In this document: positions 1 through 12,898 of the stretch, one piece after another
Layout of the letters: every line of letters begins with the position of its first letter
Numbering within the stretch: the stretch's first letter is position 1
DNA from: Candidatus Tepidifontimicrobium thermophilum
GTDB taxonomy: Bacteria > Sysuimicrobiota > Sysuimicrobiia > Sysuimicrobiales > Sysuimicrobiaceae
Direction: 5' to 3'
Length of the DNA: 64,000 nt
NCBI GenBank assembly: GCA_031459915.1
Contig: JAVKHO010000001.1
Location: 25,492 to 89,491 of the forward strand
The notes under the pieces: model-generated
What the model was told of the DNA's origin: nothing
Databases searched by the model: none
The model's input: only the letters and a program-made list of their open reading frames with translations
Program-made: the position numbers and the translations under genes

Positions 1-84
1 GAGCGGGCGCCATGGTGGTGGTGATCCGGGCGATCACCTCGTCCCGGGGTGCCCCCTTGATGACCGCGCGCACGTCGCCGGCCA
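1..84 (-). CDS. partial CDS, N-terminus of the gene after fliG; by position probably fliH. Runs off the window edge.
   Basis: In-frame GTG at 82-84 just after the fliG stop, with a G-rich stretch upstream. The translation reads VAGDVRAVIKGAPRDEVIARITTTMAPA. The identity is not established. Confidence 0.3.
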
Positions 85-94
85 CCGCGCCCCC

Positions 95-1105
95 CTACAC
101 CAGCACTTCCTCCTGGCCGCCGCGGGCGATGACGATTTGACCCGACTCCTCCAGCTGGCGCACCACGTTGACGATGCGGCCCTGGGCCTCCTCCACGTCC
201 CGCCGCCGCACGGGGCCCATCAGCTGCAGGTCCTCCCGCAGCCCCTCCGCCGCCCGCTGGCTCATGTTCCGGAAGATCTTCTCCCGCAGCTCCTCGCTGG
301 CGCCCTTCAGGGCCAGGGCCAGGTCCTTGCTGTCCACGTTGCGCAGCACGATCTGTACCGAGCGGTCGTCCAGGCTCAACAGGTCCTCGAACACGAACAT
401 GAGCTTCTTCACCTGGGCCGCCAGCTCGGGGTCCTTCTCCTCCAGCGCCTCCAGGATCACCCGCTCGGTGGCGCGGTCCGACTCGTTGATGATAGACACC
501 AGGGCCTGGACGCCGCCCACCGCGGTGAACTCCTGGGTGGGCAGGTTGACCAACTTGCTCTCCAGCGCCGCCTCCACCTCCCGGATCGTCTCGGGGGTGG
601 TGCGGTCCATCACCGCCACCCGCATGGCCACCTCCACCTGCAGCTCCCGCGGTAGGCTCGCCAGCACCGCCGCGGCCTGCGCGGGCTTCAGGTACGCCAC
701 CACCAGGGCGATGGTCTGCGGGTGCTCCTGCTGCAGGAGGCTCGCCAGCTGCGCGGGGTCCATCCGGCGGAAAGCGTCGAACGGGCTCACCTGTAGCGAT
801 GTGGTCAGCCGTTCGAGGATCTCCGCGGCCCGCTGCGGCCCCACGGACCGCTCCAGGAGTTCCCGGGCGTACTGCAGCCCGCCCACGGACACGTACTCCC
901 GGGCCAGGGCCATCTGGTAGCACTCCTGCACCACTTCCTCCCGCTCCTGGGCGGTGACCCTGGGCAGGTTGGCGATCTCGAAGGTGAGGGCCTCGATCTC
1001 CTCCTCCCCCAGGTGGCGCAGCACCGACGCCGCCAGCTCGGGGCCCAAAGACACCAGAAGCATGGCCGCCTTCTGACGTCCGCTGATGGCCTGTCGGGTC
1101 GCCAC
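95..1105 (-). CDS. fliG: flagellar motor switch protein FliG
   Basis: 336 aa, full-length FliG-like with a conserved C-terminal torque helix region. GTG start, and the gene abuts the fliF stop. Confidence 0.93.
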   Translation of the reverse strand: MATRQAISGRQKAAMLLVSLGPELAASVLRHLGEEEIEALTFEIANLPRVTAQEREEVVQECYQMALAREYVSVGGLQYARELLERSVGPQRAAEILERLTTSLQVSPFDAFRRMDPAQLASLLQQEHPQTIALVVAYLKPAQAAAVLASLPRELQVEVAMRVAVMDRTTPETIREVEAALESKLVNLPTQEFTAVGGVQALVSIINESDRATERVILEALEEKDPELAAQVKKLMFVFEDLLSLDDRSVQIVLRNVDSKDLALALKGASEELREKIFRNMSQRAAEGLREDLQLMGPVRRRDVEEAQGRIVNVVRQLEESGQIVIARGGQEEVLV

Positions 1106-1107
1106 AG

Positions 1108-2637
1108 CTACTTCTCCTGTATCCAGCTCTTGATCACCGCGGCGATGTCCGCGGGCCGCTCCTGCGCCATGCGCTGTAGCTCACGCCGCACCACGGCCTG
1201 CTGGCCTTCCTCGCGTTCCCGCAGGGCCCGCAGGATGCGCTCCTCCTCGTCCTCCTCGGCCGGCGGGGCAGCAGGCGCCACCGGGACCGGCTGCAGGGTC
1301 TCCACCTTCACCGGCGCGGCCCGGCGCCGGCGCAGGAGCACCAGCACCACCGCGAGCAGGGTCAGCAAGCCGGTACCGCCGGCCGCAGCCACCAGCCACA
1401 GGGGCACGCCCCGTCGCCCGTTTGCCGTCGGCGCCTCCGCCCGCGGGGCGGGGGACTCACTGGCGGCGGGGAAGTCCACGGCCTGCACCACCAGCACGTC
1501 GCCCCTGCGTCGGTCCAGGCCGAGGCCGGCAGCCACCGCGGCCTCCAGGGCCTGCACCGCCGCCTGCGGAACGCGGCGGTCCACTAGGACGGCCACCGAG
1601 AGCCGCCGGATGCCGCCCGTGGAGACCGCCCGCTCCACCCGCCGCGTGACCTGGTAAGTGGTGCGCGACTCCCTGCGCCGGTACTCGGAACCGGACGCTG
1701 TCGCCGGTGCCTGCGCGTACGAAGGCACGGACACCGTGGCGGGCCCACCCGGTGGGAGCCCGCCCCTCCCCGCGTACGACTCCTCCACCGTGACCTCGGA
1801 GGTGGGGGCGCGCTGGTCCGGTAGGAAGCTCTCCTGCTCCACCTGCCGGCGGCTGAAGTCCACCTCCGCACTGACCCGGGCCAGGGCCTTCCCCGGTCCC
1901 AGCACCTCGTCCAGCATGCTCTGCACCCGCTGCTGGAGGGCGGCCTCCACCTGCTCCCGCTCTCCCAACTGCACGGTGTTCACACCGGACGGGTCCTCCT
2001 GGCCCGCGGAGAGGAGCCGGCCCCGGGTGTCCACCACCGTCACCCGCTCGGGCGAAAGCCCCTCCACGCTGCTGGCCACGAGGTGCCGGATGGCCCGCAC
2101 CTGCCCGGCGCTCAGGCCTGCGCCGGGCCTCAGCGCCACCACCACCGAGGCGCTGGGAGAACTGGCCTCATCGCGGAACAGCCGGTCCTCGGGGATCGCC
2201 AGGTGCACCCGGGCGGACTCCACTGCGTCCAGGGTCTCGATACTGCGCACCAACTCGCCCGCCACGGCCCGCTGCAGGTTCACCCGCTGCACCAGTTCAC
2301 TGGCCCCGAAGCTGCTGCGGTCGAACAGCTCGAACCCCACCCCACCGGAGCGGGGGAGTCCCTGCGCGGCCAGCTGCAGGCGCGCGGCGTACACGCGCTC
2401 CCGCGGGACCTCCACGGTGGTGCCCGCGCCGGTGAGGCGGTAGGGCACGCCCATCTGCTGAAGGGCTTCCACCACGCGCGCCGCCTCCTGCACGTCCAGC
2501 CGGCTGTACAGGGGCACGAACTGCGGGCGCGCAAGCCAGCTCCACGCCGCCAGCGCCACCGCCGCCCCCGCGGCCACCAGCGCCACCACGCGCTTCCGCG
2601 CAGGAGACCAACCCGACCACGCCTGCAGCACCCGCAA
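1108..2637 (-). CDS. fliF: flagellar MS-ring protein FliF
   Basis: 509 aa. It has an N-terminal TM segment, a FliF periplasmic ring-building region, a second TM near the C-terminus, and a charged cytoplasmic tail. TTG start. Confidence 0.93.
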   Translation of the reverse strand: MRVLQAWSGWSPARKRVVALVAAGAAVALAAWSWLARPQFVPLYSRLDVQEAARVVEALQQMGVPYRLTGAGTTVEVPRERVYAARLQLAAQGLPRSGGVGFELFDRSSFGASELVQRVNLQRAVAGELVRSIETLDAVESARVHLAIPEDRLFRDEASSPSASVVVALRPGAGLSAGQVRAIRHLVASSVEGLSPERVTVVDTRGRLLSAGQEDPSGVNTVQLGEREQVEAALQQRVQSMLDEVLGPGKALARVSAEVDFSRRQVEQESFLPDQRAPTSEVTVEESYAGRGGLPPGGPATVSVPSYAQAPATASGSEYRRRESRTTYQVTRRVERAVSTGGIRRLSVAVLVDRRVPQAAVQALEAAVAAGLGLDRRRGDVLVVQAVDFPAASESPAPRAEAPTANGRRGVPLWLVAAAGGTGLLTLLAVVLVLLRRRRAAPVKVETLQPVPVAPAAPPAEEDEEERILRALREREEGQQAVVRRELQRMAQERPADIAAVIKSWIQEK

Positions 2638-2649
2638 GCCCCCCGCGCG

Positions 2650-2931
2650 CTACACCTGCATGCGCACCAGCTCCTGGTACGACTCCAGCAGCCGGTTCCG
2701 CACCTGGATGGCCAGCTGGAGGGCCAGGCCGGCCTCTTCCATGGCCACCATCACCGCGTGCACGTCGTCGGTCCGACCGTCCGCCAGGGCGGCCGCGGCA
2801 GCGTCCGCGCGGCGTTGCAGCTCGTCCGCGCTGCGCACCGCCCGCTCCAGAGCCTCCGCGAACGCGGAGAGGGTCTGCTGCAAAGGCGACGTCTGCGGCG
2901 GGCGTAGGGGGGCGATCCCGCGCACCTCCAC
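2650..2931 (-). CDS. fliE: flagellar hook-basal body complex protein FliE
   Basis: 93 aa, matching FliE in size and pattern. GTG start with a strong RBS (GGAAGGAGGTGA). Confidence 0.8.
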   Translation of the reverse strand: MEVRGIAPLRPPQTSPLQQTLSAFAEALERAVRSADELQRRADAAAAALADGRTDDVHAVMVAMEEAGLALQLAIQVRNRLLESYQELVRMQV

Positions 2932-2935
2932 GCCT

Positions 2936-3370
2936 TCACCTCCTTCCGAGCTCCAGGGCTTTGAGGATGACCTGCTTGACGGTGTTGAAGGCCACCGCGT
3001 TCAGCTCGTAGTTCCGGGCCGAGGCCATCAGGTCGGCCATCTCCATGACGGGGTCCACGTTGGGCAGGGCCACGAAGCCCTCGCGGTCCGCGTCGGGGTG
3101 ACCGGGGTCGTACACGCGCCGCGGCGGCGAGGGATCCTCCACGATGCCCGCCACCACGACGCCGCGGCTGTCGGAAAGCGCGTCCCCTCCCAGCGACGCC
3201 GCCAGCCGTTCCACGAGGGGCGCGAAGAACACCACGCGACGCCGGTAGGGCCCGCCCTCCGGGGTTCGGGTGGTATGGGCGTTGGCCAGGTTGGAAGTGG
3301 CCACCTCCATCCGCACGCGCTCTGCGGTCAGGGCCGAAGCGCTGGTGGCCAGGGCGCGGAACAGCGACAC
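2936..3370 (-). CDS. flgC: flagellar basal-body rod protein FlgC
   Basis: 144 aa. The N-terminal rod motif is SNLANAHTT and the C-terminal motif is ARNYELN. GTG start with a GAGGAGGAGG RBS. Confidence 0.9.
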   Translation of the reverse strand: MSLFRALATSASALTAERVRMEVATSNLANAHTTRTPEGGPYRRRVVFFAPLVERLAASLGGDALSDSRGVVVAGIVEDPSPPRRVYDPGHPDADREGFVALPNVDPVMEMADLMASARNYELNAVAFNTVKQVILKALELGRR

Positions 3371-3383
3371 CCTTCCTCCTCCT

Positions 3384-3731
3384 CTAGCGGCGCCCCTCCA
3401 GGATGGCGGAGCGCAGTAACTCCAGCTTGGCTGCCAGCAGGTTGGTCAGGGCCATGGCCTGCAGTGCGGTGCGGCTCAGTTCCGCAGCCTCTAGCTCGGG
3501 GTCCGGCTCGGTGCCGTCCGACCGCAGGAACGCGACCCCCGGAGCGGGGATTTGTTCGCCTGCGGCCTCCTCGTACAGCGCCCGGAGGGTAGCCCCGAAG
3601 TCCACGTCGACCCGCGCGTAGCCGGGGGTGTGGGCATTGGCCAGGTTGCCCGCCAGCACCGCGTGCCGCCGGGCCAGGGCCCTCAACGATGCCAGCAGGT
3701 ACTGGCCGGTAGCGTCCAGGACGTTGGCCAT
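3384..3731 (-). CDS. flgB: flagellar basal-body rod protein FlgB
   Basis: The 263-aa ORF call has a spurious N-terminal extension. The real gene is 115 aa and starts at MANVLDATG (ATG at 3729-3731), with the rod motif NLANAHTPGY. Confidence 0.85.
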   Translation of the reverse strand: MANVLDATGQYLLASLRALARRHAVLAGNLANAHTPGYARVDVDFGATLRALYEEAAGEQIPAPGVAFLRSDGTEPDPELEAAELSRTALQAMALTNLLAAKLELLRSAILEGRR

Positions 3732-3745
3732 GCCACCGGAGGGCG

Positions 3746-3761
3746 TTGCACAATCGGTGCC
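3746..3761 (-). promoter_or_regulatory. sigma54 (-24/-12) promoter upstream of flgB: minus-strand GGCACcgattgTGCAA
   Basis: Revcomp of 3746-3761 is GGCACCGATTGTGCAA. GG and GC are spaced exactly as in the TGGCACG-N4-TTGCW consensus. It lies in the 44-nt rpoN-flgB gap. The predicted TSS falls only about 5 nt before the flgB ATG, so the leader would be very short. Confidence 0.55.
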
Positions 3762-3775
3762 GCGGCGCGGCTCCT

Positions 3776-5182
3776 CTACACCGCGGCCTCGGACAACGCC
3801 GCGGCACGGCGCCGCGCCCGGGCGGAGGGGATCCGCGCCATCTCCCGGTACTTGGTGACCGTCCGCCGGGCCACCGCAAACCCCTCCGCCCTCAGCCGGG
3901 CCGCCAGCTCCTCGTCCGTGAGGGGCGCTAGCGGGTCCTCGCCCGCCACCAGCTGCCGGATCCGCTCCCGCACGGGAAGGCTGCTGTCGAAGAACACCTC
4001 GAAGGGCACCACCCGGCCGTCGGGCATCTGCACGAACTTCCCGCTCAGGGCCCGGCTCACCGTGGACTCCCAGACCCCCAGAGCCTCTGCCAGGCGGCTC
4101 AGGGTCAAGGGCTTCAGGTGCGCGGGCCCGTGGTCCAAAAACCCCCGCTGGTAGCGGACCAGGTACTCCGCGCACCGCTGCAGCATCGCGTTCCTACGCC
4201 GCACTGCCTCGATGAACAGCCGGCCCTTGCGGACCTGCGCCCGTAGCCGCTCCCGCTCCTCCGAGGTCAGCTGGCCCTGCAGGAACGCCTGGCGGATCAG
4301 GGGGTGGATCCTCAGCTGCGTCACTGCAGCACCCACCAGTTCCACCCGGTATCCGTCCTCCGTCCGGTGGATGGCCACGTCCGGCACCGCCAGCTCCTCG
4401 GGCCGGACCCGGTCCCCGCCGTGGTCCATGTGGAACGCCTCCGCAGGGTAGGCGACCAGGTGCCGCCGGATGTACCGCACCGCGGCGTGCACGTCTTCCG
4501 CCCGAACCCCCAACCCCGCGGCTACCGTACCGTACTGGCCCCGGCCCAGGGCCTCCAGGTAACCCGCCACCGCGGCCCGCGCCACACGGCGCAGCGGGCA
4601 GTCCGGCAGCCGTTCCAGCTGGAGCAGCAAACATTCCCGCACGTCCCGCGCACCCACCCCAGCGGGCTCGCACGCCTGCAGGGCCTGCAGGGCGCGCTCC
4701 ACCAGGTCCAGCGGCACCCGCAGCTCTGCCGCGACGTACGCCAGGTCCACGTCCAGGTAGCCGCGGCCGTCCACGTAGCCCACCAGGTGCAGGGCCACCC
4801 GCAGGACCGCGGGGTCCCTCACGTTCACCCGCAACTGCGCTTCCAGGGAGTCCAGCAGGTTGGCGGGAGCCGCCGCCCGGTCGAGGGCAGACGGCCGCTC
4901 CTCGGGCCGTTCGTGCCCATGCCACCTGTTCGCCCAGCTCCGCCAGCCGCCGAAGGCGAACTCCCCGCACCGGCTGCAGGTCACCCCTTCCACCGGGTGC
5001 CCGCAGTGAGGGCAGGGCACCGGCACCCGCTCCAGCACGGGGTTTTCCTCCAGCTCCTGCTCTACCCGGGCCAGCAGCTCCGTCACCGTCAGGGGAAGGA
5101 TGGCGTTCACCGCGAGGATGGTCTGCAGGGTCCTCGCCTCGACCGCGGGGACGCAAACGGCACGCACCTCTGCTCCGACCAT
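3776..5182 (-). CDS. rpoN: RNA polymerase sigma-54 factor RpoN, with a Cys4 insertion in region II
   Basis: 468 aa. It has a region I Leu/Gln-rich helix and a C-terminal RpoN box (ARRTVTKYRE). ATG start with a GGAGGGGTGA RBS. It carries an unusual CPHCGHPVEGVTCSRCGEF segment. Confidence 0.9.
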   Translation of the reverse strand: MVGAEVRAVCVPAVEARTLQTILAVNAILPLTVTELLARVEQELEENPVLERVPVPCPHCGHPVEGVTCSRCGEFAFGGWRSWANRWHGHERPEERPSALDRAAAPANLLDSLEAQLRVNVRDPAVLRVALHLVGYVDGRGYLDVDLAYVAAELRVPLDLVERALQALQACEPAGVGARDVRECLLLQLERLPDCPLRRVARAAVAGYLEALGRGQYGTVAAGLGVRAEDVHAAVRYIRRHLVAYPAEAFHMDHGGDRVRPEELAVPDVAIHRTEDGYRVELVGAAVTQLRIHPLIRQAFLQGQLTSEERERLRAQVRKGRLFIEAVRRRNAMLQRCAEYLVRYQRGFLDHGPAHLKPLTLSRLAEALGVWESTVSRALSGKFVQMPDGRVVPFEVFFDSSLPVRERIRQLVAGEDPLAPLTDEELAARLRAEGFAVARRTVTKYREMARIPSARARRRAAALSEAAV

Positions 5183-5257
5183 GTCACCCCTCCGTGCGCC
5201 GGTTTCTGCCTGCGCCGGCCCGCCCCCCTCGGTGCCGGTGCGGCCCTGCCGGGCCTG

Positions 5258-5609
5258 CTAGCGCAGAGCCCTCCGGATCGCCTCCACGAGCCGCGTCTGG
5301 TCGAAGGGCTTGACCACGAAGTCCCGCGCGCCGGCCTGGATGGCCTCCACCACCAGCGCCTGCTGTCCCATGGCGCTGACCATCACGATCCGCGCGGACG
5401 GGTCGCGGCGCAGGATCTCCCGTACCGCCTGCACCCCGTCCATCTGCGGCATGGTGATGTCCATGGTGACCACGTCGGGTTTTGCCTCCTCGTAGCGGGC
5501 GACGGCCTCTTCGCCGTTGCTGGCCTCCGCCACCACCTGGAAGCCGCTGTTGGTGAGGGCCTCCCGGATCATGGCCCGCATGAACAGGGCGTCGTCCACC
5601 ACCAGCACC

Positions 5610-5620
<11 letters not shown>
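5258..5620 (-). CDS. cheY: chemotaxis response regulator CheY
   Basis: 120 aa single receiver domain: VLVVDD ... DITMPQMDG ... K. Its start overlaps the cheA stop. Confidence 0.9.
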
Positions 5621-7526
<1,906 letters not shown>

Positions 7527-7531
7527 CGTCC

Positions 7532-8011
7532 CTAGGCGGTCTGCAGCTCGGCCAGCTCGCGCTGCTCGTGGACCTCCAGCACCCGCTGCAGGTCCAGCAG
7601 CAGGATCAGATCGTCCCCCTGCTTCGCCACGCCCCGCAGGAAGGCCACCTCCGAGGCCGCCAGCAGTTCCTCCGGCGGCACCACCGCGCTGTCCGGCAGC
7701 CGCATCACCTCCAGGACCGCGTCCACCACCATCCCCACCCGGCTGCCGTTCATCTCCACCACCACGATGCGCGAGGCCCCGTTCCGCTCCCCCGCCGCCA
7801 GTCCGAACCGGCGCCGCAGGTCGATCACGGGGATCACCTGGCCCCGCAGGTTGATGACCCCCTCCACGAAGCTGGGCGCCCGGGGGATCCGGGTCACCTC
7901 CTGCATCCGGATGATCTCGTGTACGTGCTCGATGGGCACCCCGTACCGTTCCCGGTCCAGGCGCACCACCACCAGCTGCTGTTCCTTGGTCTCCCCGCGC
8001 CGCGCGTTCAT
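7532..8011 (-). CDS. cheW: chemotaxis coupling protein CheW
   Basis: 159 aa single CheW domain. ATG start with a GGAGGTGAGGG RBS. Confidence 0.9.
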   Translation of the reverse strand: MNARRGETKEQQLVVVRLDRERYGVPIEHVHEIIRMQEVTRIPRAPSFVEGVINLRGQVIPVIDLRRRFGLAAGERNGASRIVVVEMNGSRVGMVVDAVLEVMRLPDSAVVPPEELLAASEVAFLRGVAKQGDDLILLLDLQRVLEVHEQRELAELQTA

Positions 8012-8014
8012 CCC

Positions 8015-9400
8015 TCACCTCCACGGCTGTCGTGCCTGCCACCGCTCGGCTTCCCGGCCCAGCTCCCCGGAGGCCAGACTGTCCGCGAAAGCCGACACCA
8101 CTTCCGGGTCGAACTGCGCGCCCCGCTGCCGGTGCAGCTCCTCCAGCGCCTGGCCCGGCAGGACCGGGCCCCGGTACACCCGGCCCGTGGTCATCACCTC
8201 GTAGGCGTCCGCCACCGCCAGGATCCGGGCGCCCGCGGGGATGTCCGTACCGGTCAGGCCCATGGGGTACCCGCGGCCGTCCCACCGCTCGTGGTGGTGC
8301 AGCACCCATCGCACCACGTTCTCTCCGAAACCCGCCGCGGACAGGATCTCCGCCCCCATGACGGTGTGGCGCTGGACGATCTGGTACTCCTCCGGGGTGA
8401 GCGGGCCTGGCTTGAGCAGGATGGTGTCGCTGATGCCGATCTTGCCCACGTCGTGCAGCATCCCCGCCACCCACAGGTCTTCCAGGTCCCGCTCCGAGAA
8501 CCCCAGCCGGCGGCCCACGGCCACCGCGTAGGAGGCCAAGCGCTCGCCGTGCCCCCGCAGCGAAGCCTCGTGCAGCTCGCACGCGTACGCCAGAGCCTCC
8601 ACCAGCCGCCGGTGGCCGTGCTGCAGCCTGCGGAGCAGGTCCACCTGAACCAGGGGAAGAGCCCCCACGATCCCCAGCACGTCCAGTAGCTCCCGCTCTT
8701 CCGGGCCGAAGGGCTGCCGGTGCGCGTCCCGCACCACCGTGAGGGCTCCCAGGGTACGGTCCGCGGTGGCCAGGGGTACGCTGGCCACGTGGGACTCCTC
8801 CGCCTCGGGGCCGACGGGTGCCTGCGCCAGGCTCACCGGGACCACGGTCCAGAACCCCTCTGCAGTCTGGGAGCCCCGTCGCTCCGCCATCGCCACCGCC
8901 AGGTCGGTCGCCTCGGGACACAGGGTGACCGCAGCTGCGCGGTCCGCACCCACCGTCACCCGCGCGATCTCCGCCAGCCTCCGCAGGACCGCTTCCGGGC
9001 TGCTGTCCGCGGGCACGAGCTCCCGCAGGCGCAGCAGCGGCTGGAGCACCTCCCTCCGGGCGGCCTCGCGGAGGCGGCGGAGGTGCACGACTGCCCGGCG
9101 CACTTCGCCGGCCAGGGTCTCCGGATCCAGGGGCCGCGCCACCACGCCGGCAGCACCCCACCGAACGGCTTCGGGTACCCGTTCCGGAGGCGCCACCGCC
9201 ACCACGGGGACGTGGGGGTAACGGGTCACCAGCCGGGATGCGTCCTCTGCGGGCACTTCGTCCACGTCCACCACCACCGCGTCCGCCTCCCACATCAGCG
9301 CCGCCGCCTCCGACCCGCACACCGAGGGGACGTGACGGAACTGGACGCCCGCGTGGCTCCCCCCCAACGCCACGCTGCCCACCACCACGCACCGAAGCAT
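8015..9400 (-). CDS. HD-GYP domain c-di-GMP phosphodiesterase with an N-terminal pseudo-receiver and a GAF-like domain
   Basis: The HD (LHDVGK) and GYP (HHERWDGRGYP) motifs are intact. The N-terminal REC-like fold has VVVGS in place of the acidic pair. The ORF call starts at 9466, overlapping the EBP stop. A sigma54 element at 9433-9448 argues for the ATG at 9398-9400 (MLRCVVVG) as the true start. Confidence 0.8.
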   Translation of the reverse strand: MLRCVVVGSVALGGSHAGVQFRHVPSVCGSEAAALMWEADAVVVDVDEVPAEDASRLVTRYPHVPVVAVAPPERVPEAVRWGAAGVVARPLDPETLAGEVRRAVVHLRRLREAARREVLQPLLRLRELVPADSSPEAVLRRLAEIARVTVGADRAAAVTLCPEATDLAVAMAERRGSQTAEGFWTVVPVSLAQAPVGPEAEESHVASVPLATADRTLGALTVVRDAHRQPFGPEERELLDVLGIVGALPLVQVDLLRRLQHGHRRLVEALAYACELHEASLRGHGERLASYAVAVGRRLGFSERDLEDLWVAGMLHDVGKIGISDTILLKPGPLTPEEYQIVQRHTVMGAEILSAAGFGENVVRWVLHHHERWDGRGYPMGLTGTDIPAGARILAVADAYEVMTTGRVYRGPVLPGQALEELHRQRGAQFDPEVVSAFADSLASGELGREAERWQARQPWR

Positions 9401-9432
9401 TTCCACGACGGCCGCGCTCCCGCGCAGCAGCG

Positions 9433-9448
9433 TTGCAAAGTCCGTGCC
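9433..9448 (-). promoter_or_regulatory. sigma54 promoter upstream of the HD-GYP/cheW/cheA/cheY block: minus-strand GGCACGGACTTTGCAA
   Basis: Revcomp of 9433-9448 is a good match to TGGCACG-N4-TTGCA. It starts 2 nt after the EBP stop codon. Confidence 0.55.
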
Positions 9449-9449
9449 G

Positions 9450-10652
<1,203 letters not shown>

Positions 10653-10753
10653 GGCTCCCCGGATCCGAAGAAATTGGGGAGTCGGGACGAGCGGACTCAG
10701 TCCGCCGTCCACGGCTCCCCCCGATGGGTCCCTCGGGACCCGCGAGGCGTCAC

Positions 10754-10768
10754 TGCAAGATCCGTGCC
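10754..10768 (-). promoter_or_regulatory. sigma54 promoter upstream of the EBP gene: minus-strand TGGCACGGATCTTGCA
   Basis: Revcomp of 10754-10769 is a perfect match to the TGGCACG-N4-TTGCA consensus. It begins 2 nt after the MCP stop. The implied leader is about 90 nt. Confidence 0.65.
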
Positions 10769-10769
10769 A

Positions 10770-12500
10770 CTACACCTGGAACCGGGCCACCACCCGCTCC
10801 AGGTCCTCCGCCACCCGCGCCAGCCGCTGGGCGCCACCGGACATCTCCTGGGTGCTGGCGGAGATCTCCTCCACCGCGGCGCCCACCTCCTCCGCGGACG
10901 CGGAGTTCTGCTGGGCGGTCTCGAGCAGCTTGCGCACCGTGGCCTCGATCTGCTGGGCGCTGGCGGACAGCTGCTGGGTGGCCGCCGACACCCCCTCCGT
11001 GCGGCCGGTCACATCGGCCACGCTCCGGCGGATGCGCTGGAACGCCTCGCCCGCTTCGTCCGCCAGCCGTACGCCCGTCTGCACCTCCTGGCTGCCGCGC
11101 TCCATGGCCCGCACCGCCCGCTGCGTCTCCTCCTGGATCTCCCGAACGATGTCCGCGATCTGCTCCGCGGCCTGGGCGGACTCCTGGGCCAGCTTGCGGA
11201 CCTCCTCAGCCACCACCGCGAAGCCCCTCCCCTGGTCTCCGGCCCGGGCCGCCTCGATGGCCGCGTTCAGGGCCAGCAGGTTGGTCTGGGACGCGATCTC
11301 CGTGATGAGTCCCACGATGCGCCCGATGTTCTTGCCCTTCTCTCCCAGCACGGACACCACCTGGGCCATCTCCTCCGCGGCGCGGCGGATCTCCCCCATG
11401 GCCTGTACGACCCGCTCCACCCGCGCCGCGCCCTCGGAGGCCGCCTCGTTGGCCTGCTGCGCGGCCTGCGCGGTCTGGCTGGTGTTGCCCGCCACCTCCT
11501 CGAGCCCCTGGCTGACCTGCTGGACCGTCTGGGTGGTCTCGTGCACGCTGCGGGCCTGCAGCTCCGCGCCGCTCGCGACCTCCTGCACCGCCCGGGCGAT
11601 CTCCCCGGCGCTGCGGGCCACCTGGTCGCTGGTGGCCGCCACCTGCCGCGAGGCGCCCGCCACCTCACCGGCGCTGTCCCGCAGCTGCTGGACCATCTCC
11701 CGCAGCGCGTCGGTGGCCGCCTGAAGGCCCGCGGCCATGCGTCCCAGTTCGTCCTGGCTGTAGACCGCCACCCGGTGCGTCAGGTCTCCCCGGCTGAGTG
11801 CAGCCACCGCCTCCTCCACAGCCCGTACCTGCGCGGTGAGCCGCCGCGTGGTGGCCCACCCGAAGGTGCCCGCGATCACCAGGCCGAGCAGCAGCACGCC
11901 TGCGATGTTCCGCCGCAGCTCCACGCCGAGTGCGGCGACCCGCTGCTCGCGGACCCTGGCTGCCTGCGCGAGCTGGTCCTGCAGCTGGTCCAGTTGCTCC
12001 CGGGCCGGGTCGAAGGTCCCGCGGACCTTCTGACGCCCCTGCTCCAGCGCGTCCCCGGAGGTCAGCAGCCCCTGTTCGTACTGGGACCGCAGGGCTCGGA
12101 TCTCGTCGCCCCAGGTCCGCACGCCGCTGGCGAACCCCGCGGCCAGCAACCGGTCCCGTTCCTCCTGCAGGAACTCCTGCGCCTTGGTCGCTCGGTCCAC
12201 CGCCTGCTTCAGGTTCTCGTCCATGAACTGGCTCAGCTCCTGGTACCGGGTGCGGTGGTTGGGGTCCGTGCCCAGCAGAGCGTAGAAGGCCGACAGGGCC
12301 TGGTAAGCGTCTCGGTCCGCCTGCAGGACGTGGTCCAGGGCGGCCAGCTCCCGCTGCACCGCCGCCAACTCTGCCCGCACGCGGTCCACCGCCCGGATCC
12401 CCATCCAGCCGCCGACCAGAGCCACCGCGCCCAGCAAGCTCAGGGCCACCAGGAGCTTCCACCGCACGGGCCAGTCCGCCACACGACGCCAGCGCTTCAT
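10770..12500 (-). CDS. methyl-accepting chemotaxis protein (two TM segments, periplasmic sensor, HAMP, MA domain)
   Basis: The 808-aa ORF call has a spurious 232-codon N-terminal extension. The real start is [10 protein letters not shown] (ATG at 12498-12500, RBS GGAGGTGAG). The C-terminal signalling domain is a canonical MCP domain. Confidence 0.9.
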   Translation of the reverse strand: MKRWRRVADWPVRWKLLVALSLLGAVALVGGWMGIRAVDRVRAELAAVQRELAALDHVLQADRDAYQALSAFYALLGTDPNHRTRYQELSQFMDENLKQAVDRATKAQEFLQEERDRLLAAGFASGVRTWGDEIRALRSQYEQGLLTSGDALEQGRQKVRGTFDPAREQLDQLQDQLAQAARVREQRVAALGVELRRNIAGVLLLGLVIAGTFGWATTRRLTAQVRAVEEAVAALSRGDLTHRVAVYSQDELGRMAAGLQAATDALREMVQQLRDSAGEVAGASRQVAATSDQVARSAGEIARAVQEVASGAELQARSVHETTQTVQQVSQGLEEVAGNTSQTAQAAQQANEAASEGAARVERVVQAMGEIRRAAEEMAQVVSVLGEKGKNIGRIVGLITEIASQTNLLALNAAIEAARAGDQGRGFAVVAEEVRKLAQESAQAAEQIADIVREIQEETQRAVRAMERGSQEVQTGVRLADEAGEAFQRIRRSVADVTGRTEGVSAATQQLSASAQQIEATVRKLLETAQQNSASAEEVGAAVEEISASTQEMSGGAQRLARVAEDLERVVARFQV

Positions 12501-12527
12501 CCGCCGCTCACCTCCACGCGCAGCGCC

Positions 12528-12542
12528 TGCAACCTCCGTGCC
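12528..12542 (-). promoter_or_regulatory. sigma54 promoter upstream of the MCP gene: minus-strand GGCACGGAGGTTGCA
   Basis: Revcomp of 12528-12542 gives GGCACG-N4-TTGCA with correct spacing. The TSS would fall about 17 nt before the MCP ATG. Confidence 0.6.
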
Positions 12543-12577
12543 GGAGCGCCGCCCGGATCTCGAACCAGACCGCCCGG

Positions 12578-12898
12578 CTACCGGTACGTGTCCAGGAAGT
12601 GCGGCTCGGCTGGAGCCACCACGGGCCGGAGCAGGTCCCGAAGCCGGCGGAGACGGTCGGTGACCCGCTGGTTCAGCCGCGCGGCCTCCTCCAGCAGCAC
12701 CAGCGCCTGTGCCCGCAGGTCTTGCAGCTCCGGCCTCGAGGGAAAAGGCAGCCGGTCCGCGGCGTCCATGGCCCGCTGCCGGGCCACCAGGTGAGCCAGC
12801 ACCGCCTCCCACTGTCCACGGTCCGCGGCCCGCGCCACCTCGCTCGTGCACCGCAGGACCTCCCGGCAGGCCTCCACGTACCGCTCCACTGGGTTCAC
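12578..12898 (-). CDS. small helical protein in the FliT position (putative flagellar export chaperone FliT-like)
   Basis: 106 aa. GTG start in a GTGA overlap with the fliS stop. It is the gene after fliD-fliS, as fliT is in Bacillus. The protein is all-helical and charged. The assignment rests on position only. Confidence 0.4.
   Translation of the reverse strand: MNPVERYVEACREVLRCTSEVARAADRGQWEAVLAHLVARQRAMDAADRLPFPSRPELQDLRAQALVLLEEAARLNQRVTDRLRRLRDLLRPVVAPAEPHFLDTYR

Noticed and set aside
5183-5257. Possible sigma54 promoter upstream of rpoN itself
   Set aside because: The region contains GGCACCGAGGGGGCGG but no TGCA at the -12 position. rpoN is probably co-transcribed with cheY or uses a different promoter.
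10674-12794. 706-aa and 357-aa plus-strand ORFs
   Set aside because: They are antisense to the MCP gene and the fliT-like gene, with low-complexity His/Arg/Leu/Gly composition.
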